This document shows, one piece after another, positions 36,442 through 47,332 of a stretch of DNA of 64,000 bases. Each line of letters begins with the position of its first letter. The first letter of the stretch is position 1. The stretch spans positions 1 to 64,000 of the forward strand of contig JAZNAU010000034.1 of assembly GCA_045586685.1 (NCBI GenBank), given 5' to 3'. The notes below the pieces were generated by a model that worked only from the letters and a program-made list of their open reading frames with translations, was not told the origin of the DNA and did not search any database. This stretch comes from Clostridia bacterium. Lineage in GTDB: Bacteria; Bacillota; Clostridia; HGM11514. A program made the position numbers and the translations under genes.

Positions 36442-37989
36442 ATGGAAAAATTATTTAAACTGTTTTTTAGCAAAAAACTACTCAGTATTTCTTTTTTTCT
36501 GTTGCAAATTTTAATTTTTGCAGCCAGCTTTATCTGGTTTGATGAATATTTTGCTTATGTATACTGGATGCAGTTGTTGGTTTGTGCGGGTCTGATTGTA
36601 TATGAAATGCAGTTGCAAAAAAATCCGGCGTTTCAATTAACATGGATTTGTCTTGTTGCACTGGCACCTACCTTTACTGTTTTGCTGTATATTCTGGTTC
36701 GATTTGATACTGTGGGAAAACAAATTTCAAAGCGGTTGAATTATATTGTAAAAACAACAAACCGTCACTTGCCTCAGATGCCGGATGCGGTAAAACAACT
36801 GGAGGACTTGAACCCAAGAATAAGCGGATTAGCAAAATATCTGCGGGAAAACTGCGGGTTTCCCGTGTATCAAAATACAGATGTGAAATATTATCCCTTG
36901 GGAGAATTGATGTTTGAGGACTTGAAAAAGGATTTGCAGAATGCCAAAAAATTTATATTTATGGAATTTTTTATTATTCATCACGGGATAATGTGGTCAA
37001 GTGTTCATGAAATTTTAAAAGAAAAAGCAGCAAGCGGAGTGGAAGTACGGATCATGTATGACGGAATGGGGTGTGTAAACCTTCTACCCAGAGATTATCA
37101 TAAACAGTTGGAGGAGGAAGGAATTTTATGTCATCCCTTTGCACCGGTTTACCCCTTGCTTTCTTCTTCTCAGAATAACCGTGATCACCGTAAAATTATA
37201 GTGGTTGACGGAGAGGTGGCCTATACGGGAGGTGTGAATCTGGGAGATGAATACATCAACCGAATGGAACGGTTTGGTCACTGGAAGGATACTGCAATTC
37301 GTATGACAGGCGACGCAGTGGATAGTTTTTCCATGATGTTTTTACAGCTTTGGAATGCCTCCGACCGAAAAAGGGGATTTTATGAAGAAGAATATTTGTC
37401 TTATCTGACGGGTTCTGTCGGAAGAGAGAAAAGCGATGCCCAGGGCTTTGTGTTGCCTTTTGGTGACAGTCCTCTGGATGAGGAAAATACAGGTGAACGG
37501 GTTTATTTGGATTTACTCCATACTGCTCAAAAGTATGTTCATGTGATGACTCCCTATCTAATTCCTTCAAGTGAAATGCGTGAAACGATGAAATATACAG
37601 CAAAAAGAGGGGTGGAGGTCATCCTTTTGGTTCCTCATATTCCGGACAAACCTTATGTAAAAGCGGTTGCAAGAACCTATTATCCTGAACTAATCCGTGG
37701 GGGCGTCAAAATTTATGAATACACCCCCGGTTTTGTTCATGCAAAAATGTCAATATCGGACGATAAGCGGGCGGTTGTGGGGACTATTAACCATGATTTC
37801 AGAAGCTTATACCTTCATTATGAGTGTGCTGCGCTTTTGATTGACTGTCCTGTTATCCCTGTCATAGAAGCAGATTTTCAGCAAACATTAAAACTGTCTC
37901 ACAGAGTGACCATTGCTGATTATATGAAAATCAATCTCTTTTTACGGCTTTTCGGTTATGTGCTACGATTGTTTGCCCCGTTGCTTTAG
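36442..37989 (+). CDS. cls: Cardiolipin synthase
   Basis: Two HKD motifs (HRKIIVVD, HAKMSISD) and N-terminal TMs. Confidence 0.94.
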   Translation: MEKLFKLFFSKKLLSISFFLLQILIFAASFIWFDEYFAYVYWMQLLVCAGLIVYEMQLQKNPAFQLTWICLVALAPTFTVLLYILVRFDTVGKQISKRLNYIVKTTNRHLPQMPDAVKQLEDLNPRISGLAKYLRENCGFPVYQNTDVKYYPLGELMFEDLKKDLQNAKKFIFMEFFIIHHGIMWSSVHEILKEKAASGVEVRIMYDGMGCVNLLPRDYHKQLEEEGILCHPFAPVYPLLSSSQNNRDHRKIIVVDGEVAYTGGVNLGDEYINRMERFGHWKDTAIRMTGDAVDSFSMMFLQLWNASDRKRGFYEEEYLSYLTGSVGREKSDAQGFVLPFGDSPLDEENTGERVYLDLLHTAQKYVHVMTPYLIPSSEMRETMKYTAKRGVEVILLVPHIPDKPYVKAVARTYYPELIRGGVKIYEYTPGFVHAKMSISDDKRAVVGTINHDFRSLYLHYECAALLIDCPVIPVIEADFQQTLKLSHRVTIADYMKINLFLRLFGYVLRLFAPLL

Positions 37990-38016
37990 TGGTTTTTGCT
38001 TTTATAAAAAATTTAC

Positions 38017-38045
38017 TTGTAATTTTCTTGAAAGTATACTATAAT
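38017..38045 (+). promoter_or_regulatory. SigA promoter of trkAH
   Basis: TTGTAA-17bp-TATAAT. Confidence 0.6.
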
Positions 38046-38079
38046 AGGTGATGAACGATTTATTTTACAAAAAAGAGGT

Positions 38080-39444
38080 TTGATGATGAATATCGTAATT
38101 ATTGGAGACGGCAAGGTGGGAAGTACCTTATCTTCTCAGCTTCAGAGAGAAGGACATGACATTGTTGTCATTGACAATAACCAGAATGCCCTGAAGAATT
38201 TAATCAATACTCAAGATGTTATGTGCGTTGAAGGAAACGGTGCTCTTTATGAGGTGCAGGAAGAAGCAGGAGTTCCCCATGCAGACTTGGTGATTGCATG
38301 TACCTCTATGGATGAACTGAATATGCTTTGTTGCTTGCTAGCAAAAAAATTGGGCGCAAAGAAAACAATCGCCCGTGTTCGGGACCCGCAGTATTTCAAG
38401 CAGTTGAATATCATGAAGGAAGAATTGGGACTGAGTATGGGAATTAACCCTGAGCTTGCGGCTGCTACTGAGATTTCCCGAATTATGCTTTTCCCTTCCG
38501 CTACAAAAATTGAATTGTTTGCAAAGGGAAAAGTGGAGCTGGTTGAATTTAAACTGGCAGAAAAAAGCATGCTTGACGGAATGTCCCTTTCTGAGGTGTA
38601 TAAAAAATATAAGGTTAAGGTGTTGGTTTGTGCAGTTCAGAGAGAGGGTGAGCTGTATATTCCTGATGGTGATTTTCGCTTGCGTTCCGGAGATAAAATC
38701 AATCTGACGGCTTCTCATGAAAATATTGAAAAGTTTTTTAAAACGTTGGGAATTTTGAAGGATCAGTCAAAAACTGCCATAATCGTTGGCGGAGGAAAAA
38801 TTTCTTATTACCTGACTATTGCATTGCAAAAAATCGGTGTGAAAGTAAAAATTATTGAAAAAGATTATGAGCGTTGCATGGAATTGAGCGACTTACTGCC
38901 GAAGGCTTCTATTATTCACGGCGACGGCACTGATCAGGATTTATTAAAGGAAGAAGGCTTAGAGCAGGTAGATGCCTTTGCCTCTCTTACGGGAATTGAT
39001 GAAGAAAATATTATTATGGCAATGTTTGCTTCAAATTTACAAGTGCCGAAAGCAGTAGCAAAAATCAATCGGGATTCTTATATGGATATGGCAGATATGC
39101 TGGGTTTGGAAAGCTTTGTTTCTCCAAAGAATATTACTGCCAATCATATTGTGAGCTATGTTCGGGCAATGCAAAATTCTCTGGGAAGTAATATTGAAAC
39201 CCTGTACCGTTTGGTTGATAATCAGGTAGAGGCTTTGGAATTTATTGCCCGGGAGGATGGACCGTATATCGGTGTTCCTCTGAAGGATTTAAAATTGAAA
39301 AAGAACTTGCTGATTGCAAGCATTGTCCGTCGACGTGTGCCTATCATTCCGGGCGGTGATGATAAAATCGAAATCGGGGATAGTGTTATTGTAGTGTGCA
39401 GAAATCAGCAATTTAAGGATTTGAAAGAAATTTTACAGGCATAA
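38080..39444 (+). CDS. trkA: Trk potassium uptake protein TrkA
   Basis: Two RCK N/C repeats (IGDGKVG, VGGGKI); DELN, TGIDEEN. Confidence 0.94.
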   Translation: MMMNIVIIGDGKVGSTLSSQLQREGHDIVVIDNNQNALKNLINTQDVMCVEGNGALYEVQEEAGVPHADLVIACTSMDELNMLCCLLAKKLGAKKTIARVRDPQYFKQLNIMKEELGLSMGINPELAAATEISRIMLFPSATKIELFAKGKVELVEFKLAEKSMLDGMSLSEVYKKYKVKVLVCAVQREGELYIPDGDFRLRSGDKINLTASHENIEKFFKTLGILKDQSKTAIIVGGGKISYYLTIALQKIGVKVKIIEKDYERCMELSDLLPKASIIHGDGTDQDLLKEEGLEQVDAFASLTGIDEENIIMAMFASNLQVPKAVAKINRDSYMDMADMLGLESFVSPKNITANHIVSYVRAMQNSLGSNIETLYRLVDNQVEALEFIAREDGPYIGVPLKDLKLKKNLLIASIVRRRVPIIPGGDDKIEIGDSVIVVCRNQQFKDLKEILQA

Positions 39445-39459
39445 GAGGTTGAGTGAACG

Positions 39460-40911
39460 TTGAACAGAAAATTAATTATTCAGATTGTTGGGAAAATGTT
39501 GTTTGCAGAGGCAATTCTGATGATGTTACCTTTGCTTGTTTCAGTCATATACCGTGAATGGGACAGTGTTTTTGTTTTTTTGATGGTGGCAATTATTTTG
39601 GCTGTTATTGGCTTGCCTGCCGTTTTGATGAAGGTAAAAGACCGAACCATGTATGCAAAAGAAGGACTTTTGATTGTAATCATGACATGGGTTTTATGGT
39701 CATTGGGCGGTTCCATGCCCTTTTATTTAGGAGGCTGGATTCCAAAATTTGTGGATGCATTTTTTGAAACCGTTTCCGGATTTACAACAACAGGTGCTAC
39801 CATATTAAGTCAAATTGAAGGTTTGCCGTACGGAGTACTGTTTTGGAGAAGCTTTACCCACTGGATTGGCGGTATGGGAGTTTTACTGTTTGTAATGGCG
39901 GTGGTTCCTGTCAGTGAAAATCATTCTATTCATATTATGAGAGCGGAACTGACAGGGCCCAGTGTTGGGAAAATTGTTCCGAAAGGAATGCATACGGCAA
40001 AGATTTTATATGCCATTTACTTAGCCTTGACACTTTTTGAAGCTATTTTGCTTTTTGCAGGAGGAATGTCGGTTTATGACAGTCTGATTCATGCGTTTTC
40101 TACAGCCGGAACAGGAGGCTTTTCCAATAAAAATGCAAGCATTGCCCATTATGACAGTGCTTATATCGATTGGGTCATTACGATTTTCATGCTGTTATTC
40201 AGTATCAACTTTAATATGTTTTATTTTTTACTGATACGAAAATTTACTCCCATTCGTCAAAATAGCGAATGGAAGGTTTTTTTAGGAATTGTCGCGTCGG
40301 TAACGGTGGCAATTATGTTCATTATTTATCCAGAATATAATTCCTTACTTCAAAGTTTTCGACATTCTGCCTTTCAGGTGGCATCTTGTATCAGTACCAC
40401 CGGCTTTATTACTGCGGATTTTGATCAATGGCCGGAGATTGCCGAGTATCTCTTGTTTTTTGTAATGATTATCGGTGCATGCGGGGGTTCTACAGGTGGC
40501 GGTTTGAAAGTCATTCGATTGCAGGTTCTTTGGAAAGCCGTGGTAAATGAAGTGAAGAGGATGATTCATCCTCAGACAGTTACACGGTTGAAGTTGGACG
40601 GAAAAGGTTTGGACAGTGAAATGGTCAACAGTACATTGGTTTATCTGGTGCTTCTTCTTGGATTGTTCGGTGTATCGGTTGTCCTTGTGGGATTAAACGG
40701 AAGAGGAATGGAAACAACAGCCTCGGCAGTTATTTCCTGTATCAGCAATGTAGGACCCGGGTTAGGGGAGGTTGGTCCGGTCATGAATTACGGAGGACTT
40801 TCCGGTTTGTCAAAATGGGTGCTCTGTGCGGATATGTTTCTTGGGAGACTTGAAATATATCCCGTCTTGTTAATGTTTTCCCCTAAAATCTTTAGAAGAA
40901 AATTTATGTAA
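39460..40911 (+). CDS. trkH: Trk potassium uptake membrane protein TrkH
   Basis: FETVSGFTTTGA, WIGGMG, TGGFS, GSTGGG, NVGPG, GRLE. Confidence 0.94.
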   Translation: MNRKLIIQIVGKMLFAEAILMMLPLLVSVIYREWDSVFVFLMVAIILAVIGLPAVLMKVKDRTMYAKEGLLIVIMTWVLWSLGGSMPFYLGGWIPKFVDAFFETVSGFTTTGATILSQIEGLPYGVLFWRSFTHWIGGMGVLLFVMAVVPVSENHSIHIMRAELTGPSVGKIVPKGMHTAKILYAIYLALTLFEAILLFAGGMSVYDSLIHAFSTAGTGGFSNKNASIAHYDSAYIDWVITIFMLLFSINFNMFYFLLIRKFTPIRQNSEWKVFLGIVASVTVAIMFIIYPEYNSLLQSFRHSAFQVASCISTTGFITADFDQWPEIAEYLLFFVMIIGACGGSTGGGLKVIRLQVLWKAVVNEVKRMIHPQTVTRLKLDGKGLDSEMVNSTLVYLVLLLGLFGVSVVLVGLNGRGMETTASAVISCISNVGPGLGEVGPVMNYGGLSGLSKWVLCADMFLGRLEIYPVLLMFSPKIFRRKFM

Positions 40912-40920
40912 AAGAATGTA

Positions 40921-40952
40921 GACGACAGGTTTTTCCTGTCGTTTATTTTTTT
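40921..40952 (+). terminator. Terminator after trkH
   Basis: GACGACAGG-ttttt-CCTGTCGTT followed by a T-rich tail. Confidence 0.75.
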
Positions 40953-41027
40953 GCACTCAATTCCTCATTGTGACAAATTTTGCCCATTGTTCCATGTATA
41001 ATAAAAACAGGAAAGGGAGAGAACGGA

Positions 41028-41858
41028 ATGATTGTTTATGCTGATGTCCTGTTTTTATTAAATTTCTCCATGGATTATCTGATTCTTCATCTGGTATCCT
41101 GTCAGCTTCATAAAGGAAAGTATTTGTTTTTATGTGCGTTGCTTGGCGGTTTATATGGGATTGGCGCAGTAAGATTTCCGCTGTTAGGAACGGCTTTTTT
41201 TCAGATTGTATTTGGCGGGATAATGGTTTTGATTGCCTATCGGCCGGAGGGAATAAAACAATTTATAAAAGCCTTTTTTTTGTTTTGGATTACCTCCTGT
41301 TTTATTGGAGGAATGTTATATGCCATTTTAGTAAAAACAGGACAGGGAAGAATGATAAACGGTATTGTTTATTTTGATTTTTCTATCATACAATTTTTTG
41401 TGTTTACAGTTCTTTGCTGGGGGTGTTTAACGGTGGGTTCTTCAGTGCTTGGTCGGATCAATGATTATCGCAAGAGAACAGTAATCATTGAAAACAGAGG
41501 AAAAGAAGTTATTTTGACTGCAATATTGGATACCGGTTGTGAACTGGAGGATCCTTTAACCGGCTTTCCTGTTATGGTGGTAGAATATGATCGTATTTGC
41601 GACATTCTGTCTGAGAAATTACAAGGCATGATTGTCAATAAAAGCATCGGTCCCGTGCCGGAGAGAATCTATCAGATTCCCTTTTCCACGGTAAAAGAGG
41701 ATAAAGGGATGATGATTGCCTTCAGACCCGATAGCGTAACAGTGGTTCAAGGAAAGGAAAGAGTAGTTATGAATCGGGTTCTGGTAGGAATAATTCAAAA
41801 AAAATTGACGGAAAATCAAGGTTACTCCGCTTTGCTTCATCCGGCAATGACAATATAA
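41028..41858 (+). CDS. spoIIGA: Pro-sigmaE processing peptidase SpoIIGA
   Basis: VYADV.FL.N..MD N-terminus, five TMs, aspartic protease motif LDTG..L.DP; directly upstream of sigE. Confidence 0.92.
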   Translation: MIVYADVLFLLNFSMDYLILHLVSCQLHKGKYLFLCALLGGLYGIGAVRFPLLGTAFFQIVFGGIMVLIAYRPEGIKQFIKAFFLFWITSCFIGGMLYAILVKTGQGRMINGIVYFDFSIIQFFVFTVLCWGCLTVGSSVLGRINDYRKRTVIIENRGKEVILTAILDTGCELEDPLTGFPVMVVEYDRICDILSEKLQGMIVNKSIGPVPERIYQIPFSTVKEDKGMMIAFRPDSVTVVQGKERVVMNRVLVGIIQKKLTENQGYSALLHPAMTI

Positions 41859-41873
41859 AAAGAGGTGTAAAAA

Positions 41874-42590
41874 ATGGGAAAGACAGGAAAGTGGATGGAA
41901 CTGTATGCGGTATTTTTACAGCGGTTAAGACAAGGAAACCGTATTTATTATATTGGAGGAAGCGACGTGTTGCCTCCGCCTTTATCCGCTGAAGAGGAAG
42001 GAGATTGTGTCCGTCGGCTCAGCTTGGGGGAAGAAGATGCAAGGGATACCTTGATTGAACACAATTTACGTCTTGTGGTTTACATTGCAAAAAAATTTGA
42101 AAATACAGGGATTGGAATAGAAGATTTGATTTCTATTGGAACCATCGGACTTATGAAAGCGGTCAATACCTTCAATGCAGATAAGAAAATTAAGTTAGCC
42201 ACCTATGCATCTCGGTGTATTGAAAACGAAATTCTGATGTATCTGCGGAAAAACAGTCTTCAAAAGACGGAAGTTTCTATTGATGAACCCCTCAGAGTGG
42301 ATTGGGACGGAAACGAATTGCTCCTGTCTGATATTTTAGGGTCGGACGGAGACAGCGTGGATAAACAGTTGGATGACGAAGTGGACCGTCAGCTTCTTTA
42401 TCTTGCATTACATAAGCTTTCGAATCGGGAACAGCGGATAATGGTGTTGCGGTTTGGGTTGCATGGAGGAGATGAATTGACCCAAAAAGAAGTGGCAGAC
42501 CTGATGGGGATTTCTCAATCTTATATTTCCCGTCTGGAGAAAAGAATTATTAAACGAATGAAAAAAGAGATTACCAGAATGATTTCATAG
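41874..42590 (+). CDS. sigE: Sporulation sigma factor SigE
   Basis: [51 protein letters not shown]. Confidence 0.97.
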   Translation: MGKTGKWMELYAVFLQRLRQGNRIYYIGGSDVLPPPLSAEEEGDCVRRLSLGEEDARDTLIEHNLRLVVYIAKKFENTGIGIEDLISIGTIGLMKAVNTFNADKKIKLATYASRCIENEILMYLRKNSLQKTEVSIDEPLRVDWDGNELLLSDILGSDGDSVDKQLDDEVDRQLLYLALHKLSNREQRIMVLRFGLHGGDELTQKEVADLMGISQSYISRLEKRIIKRMKKEITRMIS

Positions 42591-42611
42591 CGAACCTCAT
42601 ATTTCCTCTTT

Positions 42612-43778
42612 TCATCGTCGCGGAGATATGTTTTCTTTATCAAAAAACCGTGGAGAGGTGGTATAATCCATACCGCCCCTGCGGTTTTTTGTTTGCAAAA
42701 GTGCATAAAAATCCCCTGAGGCAATGTCGATTTTTAAGCTTTCGGAATCTATTTTTTGCTTGGAAAGATTTGTTATAATGGGCAAATTTCCCTTTTCTTT
42801 TATTCTTCGCAACAAATCTGCTCCTGTTTTATTGGCTCCTAAAACACGGAAATATTCCGGTTCATAGTTCTTTTTTTGAATGCCAAGGTAGGAATTTAAC
42901 AGAACTCTTTGAATTCTGGTTTGTGTATATCGTTTTGTTTTAGCAAAGGCAATCACCTCCTGCAGAGTTTCTCCTTCTGAGGCAGCTTGTTTTAATCGGT
43001 ATTCCAATCCTTCTGTACAATCTGCCGTGTTGCAAAGCTCAGCAGGGGAGATTCGGCGAAGATGAGCGAGTAAAATAGTTTGAAACAAATTTGTGTTTAC
43101 AGGAAATCCGCCCTCACGCAATAAAGACGCAACGGGGGAATAGATTTCCAACTCATCAGGATGTGACCTCAGATAACTTGCAGAACAAACATTGTCCTGT
43201 CCCGTTTGGCTGTGGTGGTCTGCCTTGTAACGCAAAACAGGAAAAAGAGTAATGGGGGCGCCAAGACGATGGATTGCTTTTGAGTATTCCACTCCCAGTA
43301 AATCATTTGGATGCTCCAGTAAAAATCCAAAGGATTGGTCCTTTACAGCATTCGCCCGTGCCGAGGGAAAGGAAATTCCCGTTTTTAGTTCCTTTGCTAG
43401 TGTTGCTTGATAATTAGCTGTTTCGTTGGCAAAAAAGGAACCCGCTTTTTTCAGTTCTTCTACATCAGCGGTTTCGCTTCCAAAGGAAAGAAGGGAAACA
43501 ATCCCTGTTTGTGCAAGAAGGGAAACAGCCCCCATGGCAAAGCCTTCGGCAGAACGGCATGCAAATATGGCGGGCAATTCCAGTACAAGATCTGCACCGC
43601 CTAAAATCGCTGCTTCAGCCCGTACAAATTTATTGACACATGCCGCCTCGCCTCTCTGGACAAAATTGCCGCTCATGACACAAATACAGGCATCGGCATT
43701 TTTTTTTGTTTGTTCAATATGATATTGATGTCCGTTGTGGAAGGGGTTATATTCACAAACGATACCCGCTACTATCAT
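42612..43778 (-). CDS. tmcAL: tRNA(Met) cytidine acetate ligase (YlbM)
   Basis: EYNPFHNGH, MSGNFVQRGE, PNDLLG.EY, SAS..R, KRYT.TRI.R. Confidence 0.9.
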   Translation of the reverse strand: MIVAGIVCEYNPFHNGHQYHIEQTKKNADACICVMSGNFVQRGEAACVNKFVRAEAAILGGADLVLELPAIFACRSAEGFAMGAVSLLAQTGIVSLLSFGSETADVEELKKAGSFFANETANYQATLAKELKTGISFPSARANAVKDQSFGFLLEHPNDLLGVEYSKAIHRLGAPITLFPVLRYKADHHSQTGQDNVCSASYLRSHPDELEIYSPVASLLREGGFPVNTNLFQTILLAHLRRISPAELCNTADCTEGLEYRLKQAASEGETLQEVIAFAKTKRYTQTRIQRVLLNSYLGIQKKNYEPEYFRVLGANKTGADLLRRIKEKGNLPIITNLSKQKIDSESLKIDIASGDFYALLQTKNRRGGMDYTTSPRFFDKENISPRR

Positions 43779-43959
43779 GGAACTTCTCCTTTCGGTTTGT
43801 TAGTGTTATTATGTCATAATTCCAATGGGCGTATAATAATTGCTTTTGGAATTATTATACCATGAAAACAGAAAAAAGTCAAAAAGAATGAAATTGGGAT
43901 TGATTTTTTTATTAGTTTGTGATACCATAAAAGAAGAAGAAACAAATCGGGAGGAAACT

Positions 43960-45090
43960 ATGGGGAAATTACCGTGCAATTTATTGATGGCACAGATGTC
44001 TATGGACATTGGCGGTGCCGAAACACATATTATGGAGTTGTCTTTGGAGTTGCAAAAACGCGGATATCGTGTGATCATTGCATCAAACGGAGGTGCTTTT
44101 GTACCCGAGCTTGAGGCGGCGGGGATTGTACATTATCAGGTGCCATTGCACAGTAAAAAGCCTGCCCATATGCTGGCGTCATTTCGGATGCTCCGAGACA
44201 TTATAAAAAAAGAAAATATTGATTTGGTTCATGCTCATGCCAGAATTCCCGCATTTATTGCAGGGAAAGTGTGCCGTGTGCAAAAAATTCCTTTTGTTAC
44301 CACAGCTCACTGGGTGTTTGAAACCGGAAAAGGATTAAAATATCTCACTGATTGGGGGCAAGAAACCATTGCTGTCAGCGAGGATATTAAGTCGTATTTA
44401 AGAAAAGAATATAAGCTTTCTGAAGAACAGATTGTGGTGACCATAAACGGAATCAATACCAATCGGTTTTCCAAGGATATCAGCTTTGGTGCGGTGGCAG
44501 TAGAATTTGAATTTTCAGCAGATGCCTTTCGTATTGTACACATCAGCCGACTTGACAGAAGTCGTGCAGATGTTGCCTTTTTGCTGATAGAAGCCTTTGA
44601 AGAAATCAAAAAAGAAATTCCAAATGCTGAATTGGTCATTGTAGGCGGCGGTGATGTGTATAGTGAGATAAAGGAAAAAGCAGAAGAAACAAATAAAGCC
44701 TTGGGAGGCGGGTTTATAAAATTAACGGGCCCTCGTACTGATATTAACCGCTTTGTTGCCTCTGCGGATTTGTTTGTTGGTGTAAGCCGTGCGGCGTTAG
44801 AAGCAATGGCGGCAGAAAAACCAACTGTTCTGGCGGGCAATGAAGGAGATTTAGGACTTTATCTTGCGGAAAAAGAAACGTCTGCATTTGCCAGCAATTT
44901 TACCTGTAGGGGAGAAGCAATGCCTACTGCAGAATCTGTAAAGAACAGTATTTTAAAATACTATAAAATGGATGAAACAGAACGGAAGAATGTATGCCGT
45001 TTTTGTAAAAAAACGGTGGATCGGCATTATTCGGTGGGGAGAATGGCTGATGATGCAGAAACAGCTTATCGTGCTGTCATCGAGAAGTAA
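43960..45090 (+). CDS. GT4 glycosyltransferase
   Basis: GGAETH, HAH.R, TT.H, AVS, NGI, LEAMA; start after GGAGG. Confidence 0.88.
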   Translation: MGKLPCNLLMAQMSMDIGGAETHIMELSLELQKRGYRVIIASNGGAFVPELEAAGIVHYQVPLHSKKPAHMLASFRMLRDIIKKENIDLVHAHARIPAFIAGKVCRVQKIPFVTTAHWVFETGKGLKYLTDWGQETIAVSEDIKSYLRKEYKLSEEQIVVTINGINTNRFSKDISFGAVAVEFEFSADAFRIVHISRLDRSRADVAFLLIEAFEEIKKEIPNAELVIVGGGDVYSEIKEKAEETNKALGGGFIKLTGPRTDINRFVASADLFVGVSRAALEAMAAEKPTVLAGNEGDLGLYLAEKETSAFASNFTCRGEAMPTAESVKNSILKYYKMDETERKNVCRFCKKTVDRHYSVGRMADDAETAYRAVIEK

Positions 45091-45101
45091 GTGGGGAATA
45101 A

Positions 45102-46160
45102 ATGATGGTTGATATAATGCTGTCCGGTTATTATGGATTTGAGAATAGCGGAGACGAGGCTCTTCTTCAGGCGATTTTACATGATTTGAGAACGTGCCGT
45201 CCTGAGCTGTCCATTGTTGTGTTATCTCATAATCCTAAGAAAACTGCTGAAAAATATCATGTAACAGCAGTTGATCGGATGAATTTTAAAGAAATTTTTA
45301 AATTGATGAAACAGACCAAACTGTTATTAAGCGGCGGGGGAAGTTTGATTCAGGATACCACCAGTTCAAAATCTCTGTATTATTATCTGACCTTGATTGG
45401 CATGGCAAAAAAATGCGGTTGTAAAGTAATGCTGTATGCCAATGGGGTTGGTCCTGTAAACGGAAAGCTAAACCGTAAAATTGCCGGAAAGATTGTAAAT
45501 AGTGTGGATCGGATTACACTCCGTGAACCGGAGTCTATGAGAGAATTGCGAAGAATGGGTGTCAAAAAACCGGAAATGACGGTCACTGCCGATCCGGCTT
45601 TGGGGCTGATTCCCTGTGATACAAGCAAGAGAGATGAACTGTTGCAAAAATTTGGATGCGATAAACCTCCTATCATTATTTCTTTACGTAACTGGAATGA
45701 TTGTGACGAGAAAATTTGCAAGGAGATAAAACGATTTATTATTGAAATGCGCAGTCATTATGGCTGTAAAAGCTTACTCCTGCCTATGCAACCTTCCCGC
45801 GATACAGAGCTTTGCCGGCTTACCGCAAAGGGGACGGATGCTGTTGTATTGGAAGGCTTAGCGGTTGAAGAGGTCCTTGGACTAATGCAAAAAAGCGCCG
45901 CGGTCATTGGAATGCGGCTTCATGCACTGATTTATGCGGCTGCTGTGGGTGCGGCTCCTGTAGGGATTGTATATGACCCGAAAGTGGAGGGGTCCTTACG
46001 GTATCTTGGTCTGGAAAGCTATCTTCCTGTGGAACATATTGATGCCCAGGGGTTGGTTCGCCTGACTGCTATAGCCCGAGAATCCTGCTACGAAGAAAAG
46101 CTTCCCGATATGAAGAAAAAAGCATTTGAGAATGCCGAAATTGCCATATCACTTCTTTGA
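45102..46160 (+). CDS. csaB: Polysaccharide pyruvyl transferase CsaB
   Basis: SGYYGF.N.GDEA, SGGGSL.QD.TS.KSL.YY, GMRLHALI, YDPKV. Confidence 0.92.
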   Translation: MMVDIMLSGYYGFENSGDEALLQAILHDLRTCRPELSIVVLSHNPKKTAEKYHVTAVDRMNFKEIFKLMKQTKLLLSGGGSLIQDTTSSKSLYYYLTLIGMAKKCGCKVMLYANGVGPVNGKLNRKIAGKIVNSVDRITLREPESMRELRRMGVKKPEMTVTADPALGLIPCDTSKRDELLQKFGCDKPPIIISLRNWNDCDEKICKEIKRFIIEMRSHYGCKSLLLPMQPSRDTELCRLTAKGTDAVVLEGLAVEEVLGLMQKSAAVIGMRLHALIYAAAVGAAPVGIVYDPKVEGSLRYLGLESYLPVEHIDAQGLVRLTAIARESCYEEKLPDMKKKAFENAEIAISLL

Positions 46161-47237
46161 ACGAACAAAGTTTGTAATCAAAAGAAGGAAATAAAACACG
46201 AGAGTGATGCTCAGTAAAAACAGCGTCAGATACAGTTCTCCATTCAATTCCTGTTGTGTTGGAACATGGGTATAAAAAGCTGGAGTGTCCCTCGTCAATT
46301 TTGGAAAAAGAAAATAAGTAACGATTGCTGAGAACATACCTTGCAGGAGTTTTCCTGTCAGGTATGTTTTTTTGTGATACCCCTTGATGATACCAAAAGT
46401 CTGGGTATGTACACACAGCCCTCCAAATCCTAACACCAAAGAAACGGCAGTAACGAGGGAACGAAGGGGCAAATGATGCAGTTTGGAAAGTAAGGATACC
46501 CCTGAGGTCATTTCGATGAGCCCGCTTAAAATACCCCTTGCAAAGCCCACTGATTTGTCTGCGGTCAGTAATCTTGCAAAAAAACCAATGATTCCAAATT
46601 GATAAAGACTTTGGATGATGACTTGAAATAAAATAATATATCCGCACACGGCAAGCATGGAGGTGACAGCACCGTTTACCGCATCTGAGAGAAGATTCCA
46701 AGATAATTGAATTTGTGTTTTCTGATATGGTTGATTTGTTTTTTCATTTTTGCGAAATATAAATCCTACCGCTACAGCTGCAATGAAATGAGAAAACAAC
46801 AGTAAATATCCTATATCTGCGTTTCCGAACATGCCCACTCCCACAGTACCCACCAAAAATAAGGGTCCCGCGTTATTGCAAAATCGTAACAAACGGTTGG
46901 CTTCGTTGTAGGAAATTTGACCTGTTTGGTGTAGCTCTGTGACGGACTTCGCACCGATGGGATACCCTGCACAGATGCCTAAAAGAAATGCAGCCGTGCC
47001 GGATGGAGAGACTCCGAACAATCGGGAGAATAGGGGTTGTAACGGACGGAATAACATTCCCAAAAAATCGGTTTTAATCAACAAGGAACTAAGGATAAAG
47101 AAGGGGAACAGGGAGGGTATTACAGTAGCAGCACAAAGCTCCAATCCCCTTGCGGCAGCTTCCATTGCCTGAGACGGATAGCACAGTAAAAAAATCAGAA
47201 GCATGAACAAACAAGCATACAACAAGAATTTTTTCAT
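46149..47237 (-). CDS. ylbJ: Sporulation integral membrane protein YlbJ
   Basis: VIPSLFPF, GYPIGA, NNAGPLF..G.VG, EMTSG, GFGGLCVH.Q. Confidence 0.9.
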   Translation of the reverse strand: MKKFLLYACLFMLLIFLLCYPSQAMEAAARGLELCAATVIPSLFPFFILSSLLIKTDFLGMLFRPLQPLFSRLFGVSPSGTAAFLLGICAGYPIGAKSVTELHQTGQISYNEANRLLRFCNNAGPLFLVGTVGVGMFGNADIGYLLLFSHFIAAVAVGFIFRKNEKTNQPYQKTQIQLSWNLLSDAVNGAVTSMLAVCGYIILFQVIIQSLYQFGIIGFFARLLTADKSVGFARGILSGLIEMTSGVSLLSKLHHLPLRSLVTAVSLVLGFGGLCVHTQTFGIIKGYHKKTYLTGKLLQGMFSAIVTYFLFPKLTRDTPAFYTHVPTQQELNGELYLTLFLLSITLVFYFLLLITNFVRSKK

Positions 47238-47283
47238 TTTATTACGTTCCTTCTTTCACAATGTTATCATTTGTTTAATTGTA

Positions 47284-47313
47284 TTCATGTTACAGCGGAA
47301 TTTTGCATAAATT
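47284..47313 (+). promoter_or_regulatory. SigE-type promoter of yqfCD
   Basis: TTCATGTT-14bp-CATAAATT, matching the SigE consensus; yqfCD is SigE-controlled in B. subtilis. Confidence 0.65.
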
Positions 47314-47332
47314 GCATTGAAAGAGGTGGATT

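Noticed and set aside
43960-46160. GT4-csaB as a novel system
   Set aside because: It fits the known pyruvylated secondary cell wall polymer pathway for anchoring SLH proteins.
46069-46701. 210-aa minus-strand ORF overlapping ylbJ and csaB
   Set aside because: It is an alternative frame of a well-supported gene and has no recognisable motifs.
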